Shown in pieces: positions 28,595 to 39,200 of a DNA stretch of 64,000 bases. The notes beneath the pieces were generated by a model, which saw nothing but the letters and a program-made list of their open reading frames with translations, did not search any database and was not told the DNA's origin. Origin of the DNA: Oopsacas minuta. Taxonomy: Eukaryota > Animalia > Porifera. The stretch's first letter is position 1, and every line of letters starts with the position of its first letter. The stretch spans positions 821,055 through 885,054 of the forward strand of contig JAKMXF010000022.1 of assembly GCA_024704765.1 (NCBI GenBank). Reading direction: 5' to 3'. A program made the position numbers and the translations under genes.

Positions 28595-28927
28595 TATAAA
28601 TAGAACTCATTAAGTGTTGGCTGTGTTGCAAAGATTTCTTTAATAGCAAGAATTCGTGGAAATTGTATTGAACGAATCCAATTTATTCCATTATTTTATC
28701 ACAATTTTGTTTGTTTCTCCGTTGTCAAGGAAAGGATTTATGGTATGCAATTTCGAGAAGTATACATAGTTTCTAACCAGCAGTCGAAGTTGCTGGTTTA
28801 AACCCTACTGAAATTCCCTTCTAGAAAAAAAGCATCGAATAGGAGAACAAAACTTTTGCATAATGAGAAAAATAAGTATTTATATAAATATTGAATATCA
28901 ACTAAGCACTGGTACAAGAAGACTTGT

Positions 28928-29611
28928 TTAAATACTTGTAAGAGGGATAGTTTCCTTTATCCATTTATCAACATCCTCCATTTCTTTTTGGATAGTGCTA
29001 TGTCCTAAGCCTTTGTAAATTGTAAACTGGTTATTGACAAGCATTGTCTTGAGCTTTTCATTTGAAAGTTGTCCAAACTTCAAACCGACTACTATATCAG
29101 AGTCTCCATGACACTGAAACAGTGGTGTAGTGTTGTCTAGTTTTAAGGCACCAGGGAATTTAGCAGCTAGAGGAAGATATGTGCTGAGTAGGAGTAGTCC
29201 CCCTAGCTTCAAGTTACTTGTGAGGGCTGTGTAGGAGGCTACAGCTCCGCCCTGAGAGAAACCACCTACAATGATCCTAGTAGGATCTATACCGCTCTTA
29301 ATTTCTTCATTGATAATTTCTCTCAAAGCGTCAGAAGATTCTAGAACACCAACTTCGTCCTCTGGCGCACTCCTGTCTAAAGATATTACGTCAAACCAGG
29401 AAGGCATTTTGTGGTTTTGGTTTATCGTAACAGGGCGAATGGGTGCATTTGGGAAAATGTATTTGATATAGTCTATCTTAATCATGTTAAATCCCTCACA
29501 CCATCCAGCACCATTATCTCCCAATCCGTGTAGGAATATGAACGATGCTGTGTGCTTAGCACTTGCTTGTATGAGGAAAGGTTTCATAACGCTCTTCCCT
29601 ATAGAAGCCAT
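28928..29611 (-). CDS. LYPLA1/2: Acyl-protein thioesterase (lysophospholipase 1/2), intronless
   Basis: 'FLHGLGD', 'PVTIN..MPSWFD', 'GGFSQGG', 'QCHGDSD', 'GLGHS' catalytic triad. Confidence 0.93.
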   Translation of the reverse strand: MASIGKSVMKPFLIQASAKHTASFIFLHGLGDNGAGWCEGFNMIKIDYIKYIFPNAPIRPVTINQNHKMPSWFDVISLDRSAPEDEVGVLESSDALREIINEEIKSGIDPTRIIVGGFSQGGAVASYTALTSNLKLGGLLLLSTYLPLAAKFPGALKLDNTTPLFQCHGDSDIVVGLKFGQLSNEKLKTMLVNNQFTIYKGLGHSTIQKEMEDVDKWIKETIPLTSI

Positions 29612-30167
29612 TATTTGCTGCTAAGAAGGGGGAATTTAATGTAAGTATAAGCTGTTGTTAGTTGGAAGCATATTCAGCTCGACAGCTGCTATGCTAAATT
29701 CTTCCACCATTATACAAAATTCTATCAAATTTGATTCTATGAAATTATTGCAAATAAGTAATCTGTACAACCGCGATTATCCGAACTCGCTGGGACTGGT
29801 CAAAAAGTGAAGCAATATTTAACGAGAATGTGTATCTACAATTAAATAAAAACATTTGAAATGTCTTTAATTTGTAGACCCAAGTCATTTCCTTGGTTAA
29901 TTAAAACACAATTCCCCAAATCGAGCGAATGCACCTACATAGTACTGAGCGCATGAGAGTACCTTACTGATTGTAGGGCGGTCTATGACAATCTTACCCA
30001 AAGCCTATAGCCTACGTAACGCTTCCATTGTTTGTATGTTCCATCTAAGTATTCTCTTTTCTGTATTGGATTACGTAGGTGAGAAAGAATTATTTGATTC
30101 TTTTCTGTCATGAGGAGATGCTCCAGATTCGATATCCATTTCTTCTTTGGTATTGTGTTCAGAAATA

Positions 30168-30750
30168 CAGTAAAACCCCCAAAATATGAACACTTTTTCT
30201 TGGTCAAATTTTTCCCATTGTTTTACATAGTAGTCACCCCTTTAGAATGTGAACACTTAATTTGGTCCCAAATGTCTATATTGCATAGGATCTGACCTCT
30301 TAAAAGTGAACACCGGTTTTTCTGCCTGATCTTTGACTAGGCTGTCAGCTTTGTTATCACACTAGTTGTGAAAGCAGGGATGTTTGATGATGTGGCTTCA
30401 CAATATGCTAGAGGCTTCCTCATACAATGGGCAGAAGAGACAACATATTTGCCTGTACAATGCTTTCACACATTTGTGTTAACATGGAGGCCCTGTAAAT
30501 AACATTTCTGAAATCTGTGGTTATTGTCAGTTGAATTGTTCCGGTCAAAAATACCAAAATGTCTTCTAAATGTAACTCACTTCTGAAAGCTGTCAATGTG
30601 CTTAAAGTGAACATTTTGAGACAACTAAGAGGCACTTATATCTGTGATTTTACTACTACTGTTTGTCGAAAAAACACACTTTATGATAAATCATGAATAG
30701 TGAACATTTTTGCTGGTCCGCATGGTGTTCACCTTTTGGAGGTTTTACTG
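30168..30750. mobile_element. pogo/Tc1-like MITE, 583 bp
   Basis: TA-CAGTAAAACCCCCAAAATATGAACAC vs rc CAGTAAAACCTCCAAAAGGTGAACAC-TA; internal GTGAACA repeats. Confidence 0.75.
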
Positions 30751-30779
30751 TACAAGTATATATAGTATGCTAATGAACA

Positions 30780-31173
30780 GGGATTGGGATTGTAGTTACT
30801 TCTATCTGGCTAATCTCAGTGTACAGTCTCTGAAGTAACCAATCGAATTGTACTCTCGTCTCTTGTTTTCCAGATTCTCTATCTTTTCCTTTATAGGTAT
30901 ATCGGCTTCGTCTCCAGCCATCTGAAGAGAGTTTGAAGACTAACTAGCTTGTATTACTTCTAGTGTATATTCGAGCTGATTTTTGTCAGCAGCAAGACTC
31001 TTGTTATGTGTTCTACTCTTATTCAGCTTATATTCAAACTGTCCTGACAGCTGTGCTTCTTTCCTATCTAGTCTAATTCTAACTTCTGAGAAACAACGAG
31101 ATAGTCTATCTCTCTGTAGCTCAATGCCTGAGTCAATAAACACATTTGGTGTAGCCATTAGTAAGTTGTTCAT
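30780..31173 (-). pseudogene. Disrupted coiled-coil coding remnant
   Basis: Heptad-like 77 aa ORF. Downstream coiled-coil-like text ('IKEKIENLENKRRE', 'RVQFDWLLQRL') continues only in shifted frames. Confidence 0.35.
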
Positions 31174-31593
31174 AGTCTGAGATTGCTATACAGTGCCGGT
31201 CAAAAAGAATTGCTCAGAATAAATTTACCCCAAATTCTTATATCTATGACTGATTTAACAATAATGCTTTATTATAATCAAGTAAATTGTTGCTAGTATT
31301 TTGTAGAACCTCCTCTTGCTTGAATTACGGCTTTACATCTTTGCGGTATACTCTCAATTAGAGTATGGAGCCTGTTAATGTCGATGCTATCCCAAGTGCT
31401 TAATATGGCATTCCACAACAGATTGTAATAAGTATGTATAATTAGTAGACTTGGGGACTATTAAATCTTACTCCTCATCTTGAGTACGTTTTCACTTAAG
31501 AAAATTCATTGAAAAAGCATTGACGCGGCATTGATAAAGTGTAATAAACTCTAATATACGTACTTCATTCCCGGAGTTCCGTGAATACCGAGT

Positions 31594-32418
31594 TTACGCT
31601 GTACGTATATAATAAGGTAGATTTAATAGAAAGAAATTTACACAATTGATATCATAATCTGCACAAATTAATACATTGTTCAAGCCAAACACACATCCAG
31701 TGGGTCTACCTCGTATATCCAAGTATTGTGGAAGTATCTCCCCTTTTATCGTGCATGCCAAAATTTCACAACAATTAGCGTTTGATAAGACTATAGTTTC
31801 ATTTAATTTATTAATACAAATAAATAAATTGCCAGTAGCATCTCTAGCAATCAAGCTTCGTAACAAATCTCCTGATTTGGTAAATACATGTATGTGGGAT
31901 AATTTATTGCTATCAGATACGTACACTTCATTCCAACAAAATTTCACATCACGAGGATTTGTTAGCTTTCCAGAGCCAATACTTCTCTTTAGCTTAAGAT
32001 TGTTATCGAATATAGCAACTCTATCATTGCCACAGTCTGCTACAAATGTTTCTCCATTTTCATCAATAGAAAGGCCAGAAGCAAACTTTAGAATTCTTGG
32101 TTGACTTTTGGTAACTATGGGACAATATTCACTGTCAAATTTTACAATATATCCACGAGCCAAATCTGTAACTACAATGCAATATTCATGGAGAGCAATC
32201 GAAAAGAGAGAAATAATGAAATCGTGTTTGAGAGAAGTAATATAATCTCCATCGTAAGAATATATTAAAATTCGTTTTTTCGACAAATCTGTTATGTAAA
32301 TATTCAAATGATCATCTATATCTATCCCTCCTAACGGACAAAATTCTTCTTTTATCTCTCTACTTGGTTCAAAATTTCGAAATGGTTTTATTTCCTTAAA
32401 TCTGTATGAGCTAGCCAT
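31594..32418 (-). CDS. NHL-repeat beta-propeller protein
   Basis: Repeats 'PLGGIDIDDHLNIYITD', 'ASGLSIDENGETFVADCGNDRVAIF', 'NPRDVKFCWNEVYVSD'. Confidence 0.85.
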   Translation of the reverse strand: MASSYRFKEIKPFRNFEPSREIKEEFCPLGGIDIDDHLNIYITDLSKKRILIYSYDGDYITSLKHDFIISLFSIALHEYCIVVTDLARGYIVKFDSEYCPIVTKSQPRILKFASGLSIDENGETFVADCGNDRVAIFDNNLKLKRSIGSGKLTNPRDVKFCWNEVYVSDSNKLSHIHVFTKSGDLLRSLIARDATGNLFICINKLNETIVLSNANCCEILACTIKGEILPQYLDIRGRPTGCVFGLNNVLICADYDINCVNFFLLNLPYYIRTA

Positions 32419-32989
32419 TCTTTAATAACTTATTAAAATGATTATATGAGATAAGTACAAATAAAGTATTTATTAGTCCGAACAGAAAAGTAAGTTCTTG
32501 TCTCCTTGTTTTGATGAAAATGGTCCCACCGGGACCAAATGCGTAGGGGAGGACCATTTTCGTCAAAACATCCTCATAAGGAGTTTATTTTACAAAGTCG
32601 GGCTATTTCAATTACTTAAGTCTACCACAACCACAACGCACGATGTAAATTGTAGTACGCAACATATTTTATGTATCAATGTTGCTTAGGTGATCCTAGT
32701 TTAAGTATTGGAAACATCTGTTATTCCCTCGATACACAGATTATAGACAGATAGTTTACCATACCCAATACTAATATAATAACTACGAACCCGCTTCGCC
32801 TGCTCGCGGTCCGTGGTTACGAACACTTCATATGCACACTCGGGCCTACGGCCCTCGAGTACATAATCTCATAGTCTTAACCGTAGCAAATATGATACTG
32901 CCATAATCTTTAAATCTGCTTACTTTATGTCCCCAAAAGTGAACAAATATTTATGAAATGTTGTTTCCAATATCATATTTGAACTAAGC

Positions 32990-33552
32990 ATATTTGATTA
33001 CCCCAGTATCGCCATTGAAAGCATGTTTCTACCACAATTTTGAAATTTGTTTACATTACATTCATAAAAACAACAGTAAATTTACATATGAGAAACTTGA
33101 AAATGCGATAAGTCCCAACACTTTCCAACCGTTTCTAGCAGTTTCCACCAATTTTCACACTTTTGGATGGATCATATGTAAATTTATTGTTGTTTTTATT
33201 GATAGGCTTGCTCTAAACGGCTACACAGGGGTAACTAAGTACGCTGCACCAGAATTTCGCATTTTCAAGTTTCTCATATGTAATTTATTGTGTTTTTATG
33301 AATATAAAGTAAACAAATTAGCAAAATCTCAAAATATACGTAGATACTTGCTCTCAACGGCTACAAAGGGGATTGATCTTACAAAATAATTCAATAGCAC
33401 ATATGCCATATACGTATATTTTGTGAATTACATTGTTCTAAACATATCTATATTATAATACTCAAAGGGGCCGTCAATTTGAAGAATAATGGATACTTCG
33501 AGGCGCAATGCGTCGAGTTCATCGCGAAGCGATGAGCCAAAGGCTCGTATAG
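32990..33552 (+). mobile_element. Helitron-like family copy (internal units plus 3' end)
   Basis: 33360-33500 is the reverse complement of 26160-26300; ends GAGCC-AAA-GGCTCGTATAG. Confidence 0.65.
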
Positions 33553-33714
33553 ATTTAAAAGTTTAAATTTTGTATATATTAGTTGCAATACAGAACAGTT
33601 GCCAATTTAGTAGAGGAATCACAAGAACTCTGTAATGATAAGTTAACAAGAGAGTTATAACATGAAAAGATTTGTATTATTAAATTTGCTTCCAATTGAT
33701 TATTTACATTCAAT

Positions 33715-34182
33715 TTATGCACTGCACTCGTTATAATAAAATGGACAATTAAAGGAATGTTTTAAATGAGAATCTTGCAGAATATTGTCGATCGTCTTCT
33801 TCAGCCCAGTTAGTTCCACCTCAAGTGCCTGAATTGTCTGGCCTAAGGACTGGTTGGCAACTGTCAAAATTCGTGCCTTCATTACAGCAGTTCTTGCTCG
33901 TTGTTTGGCTCTGTAACGTGACTTCCTGACAGCGTCATTGTTTTTCCTGCGTTTAATTTTACTTCTCTCAACAGCTTGATTTTGAGAGGATAGAACTTTC
34001 GCAGATGGTGAGTGACTAAAATTTGGAGAAGTATTTGAGAATTCAAACGATTTGTTAGTATTTGAAATAGTTATGAGTTCATTGCAATTTGGATTGTAAA
34101 TAATTGTTCTATAATTTTCGAATCTGTACGGAATAATATTATTCTGGAAAGAGCTAGTATTCAGGATTGGATTGTAATTCAT
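33715..34182 (-). CDS. C/EBP-family bZIP transcription factor
   Basis: Basic region 'RRKNNDAVRKSRYRAK' followed by a leucine zipper. Confidence 0.85.
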   Translation of the reverse strand: MNYNPILNTSSFQNNIIPYRFENYRTIIYNPNCNELITISNTNKSFEFSNTSPNFSHSPSAKVLSSQNQAVERSKIKRRKNNDAVRKSRYRAKQRARTAVMKARILTVANQSLGQTIQALEVELTGLKKTIDNILQDSHLKHSFNCPFYYNECSA

Positions 34183-34810
34183 TCAGAAGTGTAAACTGAA
34201 AAGATATTCTTTTATAAATTTACTGAAGGCTTATATAATTATCACAAAAATATCTATGTGAGTTTAACCTAACAAGCTTCGTAAATATTTCAAAAAGGCG
34301 GGCAATTACCCGTTATTTTCAAATTAATTTCTTTCATAAAAAGACACAATAATAAGTAGCGGAATTATCAAAAAATCCTAATTTTAGCCTGAAAAGTATG
34401 TCTCAACCAGAACTATAGGCACATACCAAGTTCTGGCTATTGAGCAATAAAATCACTTAATATTCAATACAGAAGTTCACTTTTGTAGCAAGGACAATAT
34501 GAATAAGAGAGTCCTTGTAATTTCACTTTTAAATATGATGCAATTCCAATTATTTGATTAAATAATTTTTTGATGATAGGAATGGGTAAACACAAACACT
34601 TCTTGAAAATCAAAATAAGCGTGTGTAAAAATATTTTACCAAAACTAGTAATATATTTTTGATTGTAACATCATATATTCGGTTAACATGAGAGATAACT
34701 GCAAATTATTTGAAGGGATTTACCCACCAGTTTTGCTAAATTCTCAATGTCATCAAATTCATTTCTGGTCATAATCTTTACAGACACTTCTTGGCTAATA
34801 ATTATAAGCT

Positions 34811-35362
34811 TTATATTTCGAGAGGCTGAAATGGCTTTATTCTCTCCCTCATTACCGTAAGGTTAGTGCATGCCTTACTACGTTCACGAAATATTGGCAT
34901 AATCACAGCAATGTGTCCTTCATCAAGTGGTCGTCTTATCAACAGCTGTGGTTCTTTGACAATATTATCATTGACTTCAATAAGATAGCCCTCTATACAA
35001 CTATATACTGGAAACTTCTCTCCATTCTCACAACACAAATAGCAGAGGATAGAGGAGGGATATAATCGCTGAGCTCCTTGCTTGCTCTTTCCTCGAGCTA
35101 TATTCGCAGCACGGTCTATCCGCCTAGAAACCTGACAGTCTACTCGACAAACAGGTAAAGAATCTTTCTCTCTGATGAGAGGATGTCCTGAACCTAGACA
35201 CACAACACAAACGTTGTTAGAGTGTTGTAGTATATAGAAATTAGGATGACACGCTCCGTACTGATCTACAGAGAAGTGGGACTGATATTGGGTATAGTAT
35301 CTCTCTATAGGAGGAGGGTAGCTAAAGTTTCCAGTTGGGTTATTCACAATCAAATCTGTCAT
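34811..35362 (-). CDS. ABITRAM: Abitram/Simiate (FAM206A) protein
   Basis: 'IERYYT', 'QHSNNVCVVCL..HP', 'GKSKQGAQ', 'SCIEGYLIEVNDNI', 'EGHIAVIMP'. Confidence 0.88.
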   Translation of the reverse strand: MTDLIVNNPTGNFSYPPPIERYYTQYQSHFSVDQYGACHPNFYILQHSNNVCVVCLGSGHPLIREKDSLPVCRVDCQVSRRIDRAANIARGKSKQGAQRLYPSSILCYLCCENGEKFPVYSCIEGYLIEVNDNIVKEPQLLIRRPLDEGHIAVIMPIFRERSKACTNLTVMRERIKPFQPLEI

Positions 35363-36251
35363 TAGATACCAATGAGCATTATCTTGTATAATTTACTAAT
35401 TTCTAATAATTGAATAGAGGGTTATTTAAACTAAAATGTCAACGCCGCAAGCGTTACATGACTCAACACTCACTGAAATTAGACATTCTATATCCTGCAG
35501 TTATAATTACCTCCTCCCTCCTTCAACGTTATGTAACACTGAATTACAAAATACACGTGATCCATAGTTGTCAACTTTCGTAAAAATATATCCGTGAGAT
35601 TTGTTTCGAACTTTTGATCAGTTGAATTTAGCTAAGTTTTAAATACGTCTTTCAATGAAGACGTATTACGTATATAATACGTTCAATCCACAATTTTGGT
35701 GACGTAGCTTCTATTAGGTTGATTTCTGCAATAGATATTTGCTTGAAACAGAAGTTCTCGAATTGTTAATGAGAAATCTTAGCTTAGTTGGCCAAAGTAT
35801 ATAATACTTGATAATTATGTGAAAATCTCCTATTTCCATATTAATCTGGACGTATAATACGTTCAAATTGATCACATATAACGTATTTACAAGTTAGGAA
35901 TTTTGCTAGTTTTTGAAACGTACGGATATCTACTCACCAACCACCATAATGGCGCAATACATAATGTTCATTTCGCTATGAATTACTGTAATAACTTCAA
36001 TTTCCCCAAAAAAAGTAAAAATGAAAGTGAGATTGTGTTAAAATACGTGACACATGACAACTAGCCGTAATCTAATTAATCAGTATTCACCACAGATCCG
36101 GTAGTTTTCAAAGGGGGCATCAACCCCTCTTAGCTCACTAACCGGTTAGCATACTAGACTAACTTGCTACTAGTTACACAAACAAGTTCATAAGTCGAAG
36201 AAATAACAATAATAAATTAGGCAACAGCAACAAGTGTAATTTATCTAGCAA

Positions 36252-39200
36252 TTAAGTGATATAACGAAAGTGAGTAAAAACTCTTTCTAATTCATGAATA
36301 GAAAGTGAAAGATCTTTCCTAGCCTTGCCCAGCATACGGTTAGCTCCAACAGAATACTTCCTCTTTAGATTAGTAAGTAGCTTGTGCATTTTCTGAATAG
36401 AATTTTTATGCATGGAGTGTATGGTAGCTACTTGATCGGGGTGTTTGCAAAAAGCTATCAGTAAATGACAGAGTATACGGACCGTGCTAGGCTGAGTAGT
36501 GTATATCTTCTGCAATAAATCAGTTATGATAGGAATACTCTGTCCGTAGATAAATACATCATTTGCAATAGACGGCCATTTAGTCATCTGCAAGAGCACG
36601 TCAGCAGCCTTCTCAACCCGCTGCATGATAGAGGGAGACCTCACGTTGTTATCAACCAGCATGTATAGGATATTTAATCCCTCCCGTCGTACACGAATAG
36701 CGCAAGGTTCTGAAACATATACTGCTGTCTTGAGGTTGTCTAGTATGTCATATTTCTGTGAGAGAGAGCGAGAGTGTAGGAGTATGTCTAAGTATTTTGG
36801 GATCTTGTTTTTGAGTTGATCAGAAATATCAGCTGATTTTGTAGCATCAGATAGCCTGCGTTTTATTGAGAGGAGAGAGCTCTCCATGTTTTGTCGTGTT
36901 AAATATCCTCTAAAGAAACTTTGTATAGTAATTGCTGCTCTGCTCTCTTTCTCTAGCTGACGGTTCTTCAGATAAACAGGACATTTTCTGAATGTCTGCT
37001 GAATAAGAATTACAGCTGTTTGTCGGGAAGTATACTCAGATCGGATACGGTATGATCGAAAATTACATTGAATACAGACTGCAGCTTTTTCATGTTTCAA
37101 GATCTGCTTATAATTACGATGTTTTCTAAAAGCACGCTGGATTGAAGTAGCTGATTTTCTCATAGAAATATAATTATTTCTTATAGAGATAGTTAGTTTG
37201 TTAGATGAGTAGAGACGATACCATCGTTGAATAGAGAGTGTAGAGAGAAGTATTTCTTGCGAGATGATAGTTATGCAAATATACATAACTCTGTCCACTA
37301 AAGCATTGGATAAGTTTCTAAGTTGAAGTTCATATTTATGTTTCTTGTCTTCAAGGTGAATTCTGATAGAGAGTTGCAGTGAAATAACAGTAGATTTGAG
37401 AGATAGGTAATTCTTCCTTGTAGATATAGCTAGTTTGTTTGCTGTCCATCTACGATAACAGTTTTGAATTCTAATCACAGACATAAGCCTTTCCTGTTCG
37501 AGTTTGAGCTTTGATTCCATAATTACTCTCTCAACAATACTATTTGAATATTTGGATAGAATAGTCTCGTTATATTGTTTCCTTAGAAATGAGAGTTCCC
37601 TATGAGCCTTCACACCCCGATACATACTCTGTAATGTAATAACTGACTTTACAAACTCTTTAGTTACTATCATGTGGGATTGAGTAAGAATGTTGTGAAC
37701 TAAATCATCAGCTGTTTTCTGGATAAGACAGAAATATATTCTCTTGTGCTCGATGTATCTCCTGACAGCACGCTGAATTAAAATAACACTATTTCTGAGA
37801 GAGAGATAATTCTCCCTTGTAGACAATGCTAATTTGTTTGCTGACCATCTACGATAACTATTCTGTAAAATACGAATAGAATTCTGTCTTTCTTGTATGA
37901 GTTTAGCTACAGTATTATCTATTACCAGCTGAATAGTTGAAGAAGATAGCTTTAAAACATAGCTCTCGTTGTATTGACGTTTGAGTATTTTGAGCTCTTT
38001 ACGAGCTTTGTATGCACGGTATATTGACTGAATTGTAAGGGTAGATTGCTCAATAACTTCATGATTATGATTCATATCTTGAAGATATCTTCTAAAAGTG
38101 CGTTGTAATGTAATCACTATATATTTAAGGGAAAGATAATTCTTCCTGAGAGATAACGCGAGTGTATTTGCAGACCATTGACGATAAGATTTTTGTATAA
38201 CGTAAATTGAATGCAGTCTTTCTTGTTGTAGATTATTCGTGATTTGATCAATTATATTCTGAATAGTTGAATAAGATAGATTTTCAAGATAAAATTCGTT
38301 AGATTGAATTTTGAGCATTAGAAGCTCTTTACGAGCATTGTATCCACGGTACGCTGACTGTATAATAACAGCTGATTGTTCTAAAGTAGCAACACATCTC
38401 TGTTGTATCATATAATTTCTATCTTCTCTAAGTTGTGTGAGTTCTCTACGAGCTCTGAATCCTCTAAATATACGTTGTATATTGACCGTAGCTAGTTCGT
38501 ATTCTCTGTTAACATTGATGAGTGATGTAGTCAATATCCTGTGTACCAATTCATTAGCTTGTAGCTCGAGAGCATCTCTCCTAAGTTTAATGTTCTTTCT
38601 GAAAGTCCGTTGAATTGAAATAACAATGCGTTTATGAGAAAGATATTTATTTCTTGAAGATATAGCTAGTTGCTTAGCTGACCAAATACGATAACATCTC
38701 TGTAGAGTTATGGCAGCAGTGGTTTTCTCATGTAAGATACGTTTTCTGTTATCTCTAGCATGTGAGAGATATCTACGAACAAGATAAGCTCTGTAGAATG
38801 ACTGAATAGTTACAGCTGCTAGTGTTTGCTCATGAAATTCACACAATTGAGAGTCATATGATGACTGTTCTAGCTGTTTCTGCTGTATTCTGTATGTATA
38901 GCGCTTATAAGCTCTCTGTATTACTACAGCAGCTCTGATCTCTTCTGAAAGCTCCAGCTGTTGAGCACACAGATATGATAGGTACATTATAACCACTTTT
39001 TCGTTTGGACCTGTCTGGAAGAAGTCGGAAGGAGGTGGCAGGGTAGGCACACCTCCAAGAGAAGACAATTTATCAGAGAATTCTTCGAGATTAGATTTAG
39101 CATCATCACAAATAAAGTGTCTGGAAAGGAGAGAAGGATGGTAATAGTGTAGAATGTAGCAGAGAGCACGTCCATCCTTGAAACTTGAAGTAAAGTCAGT

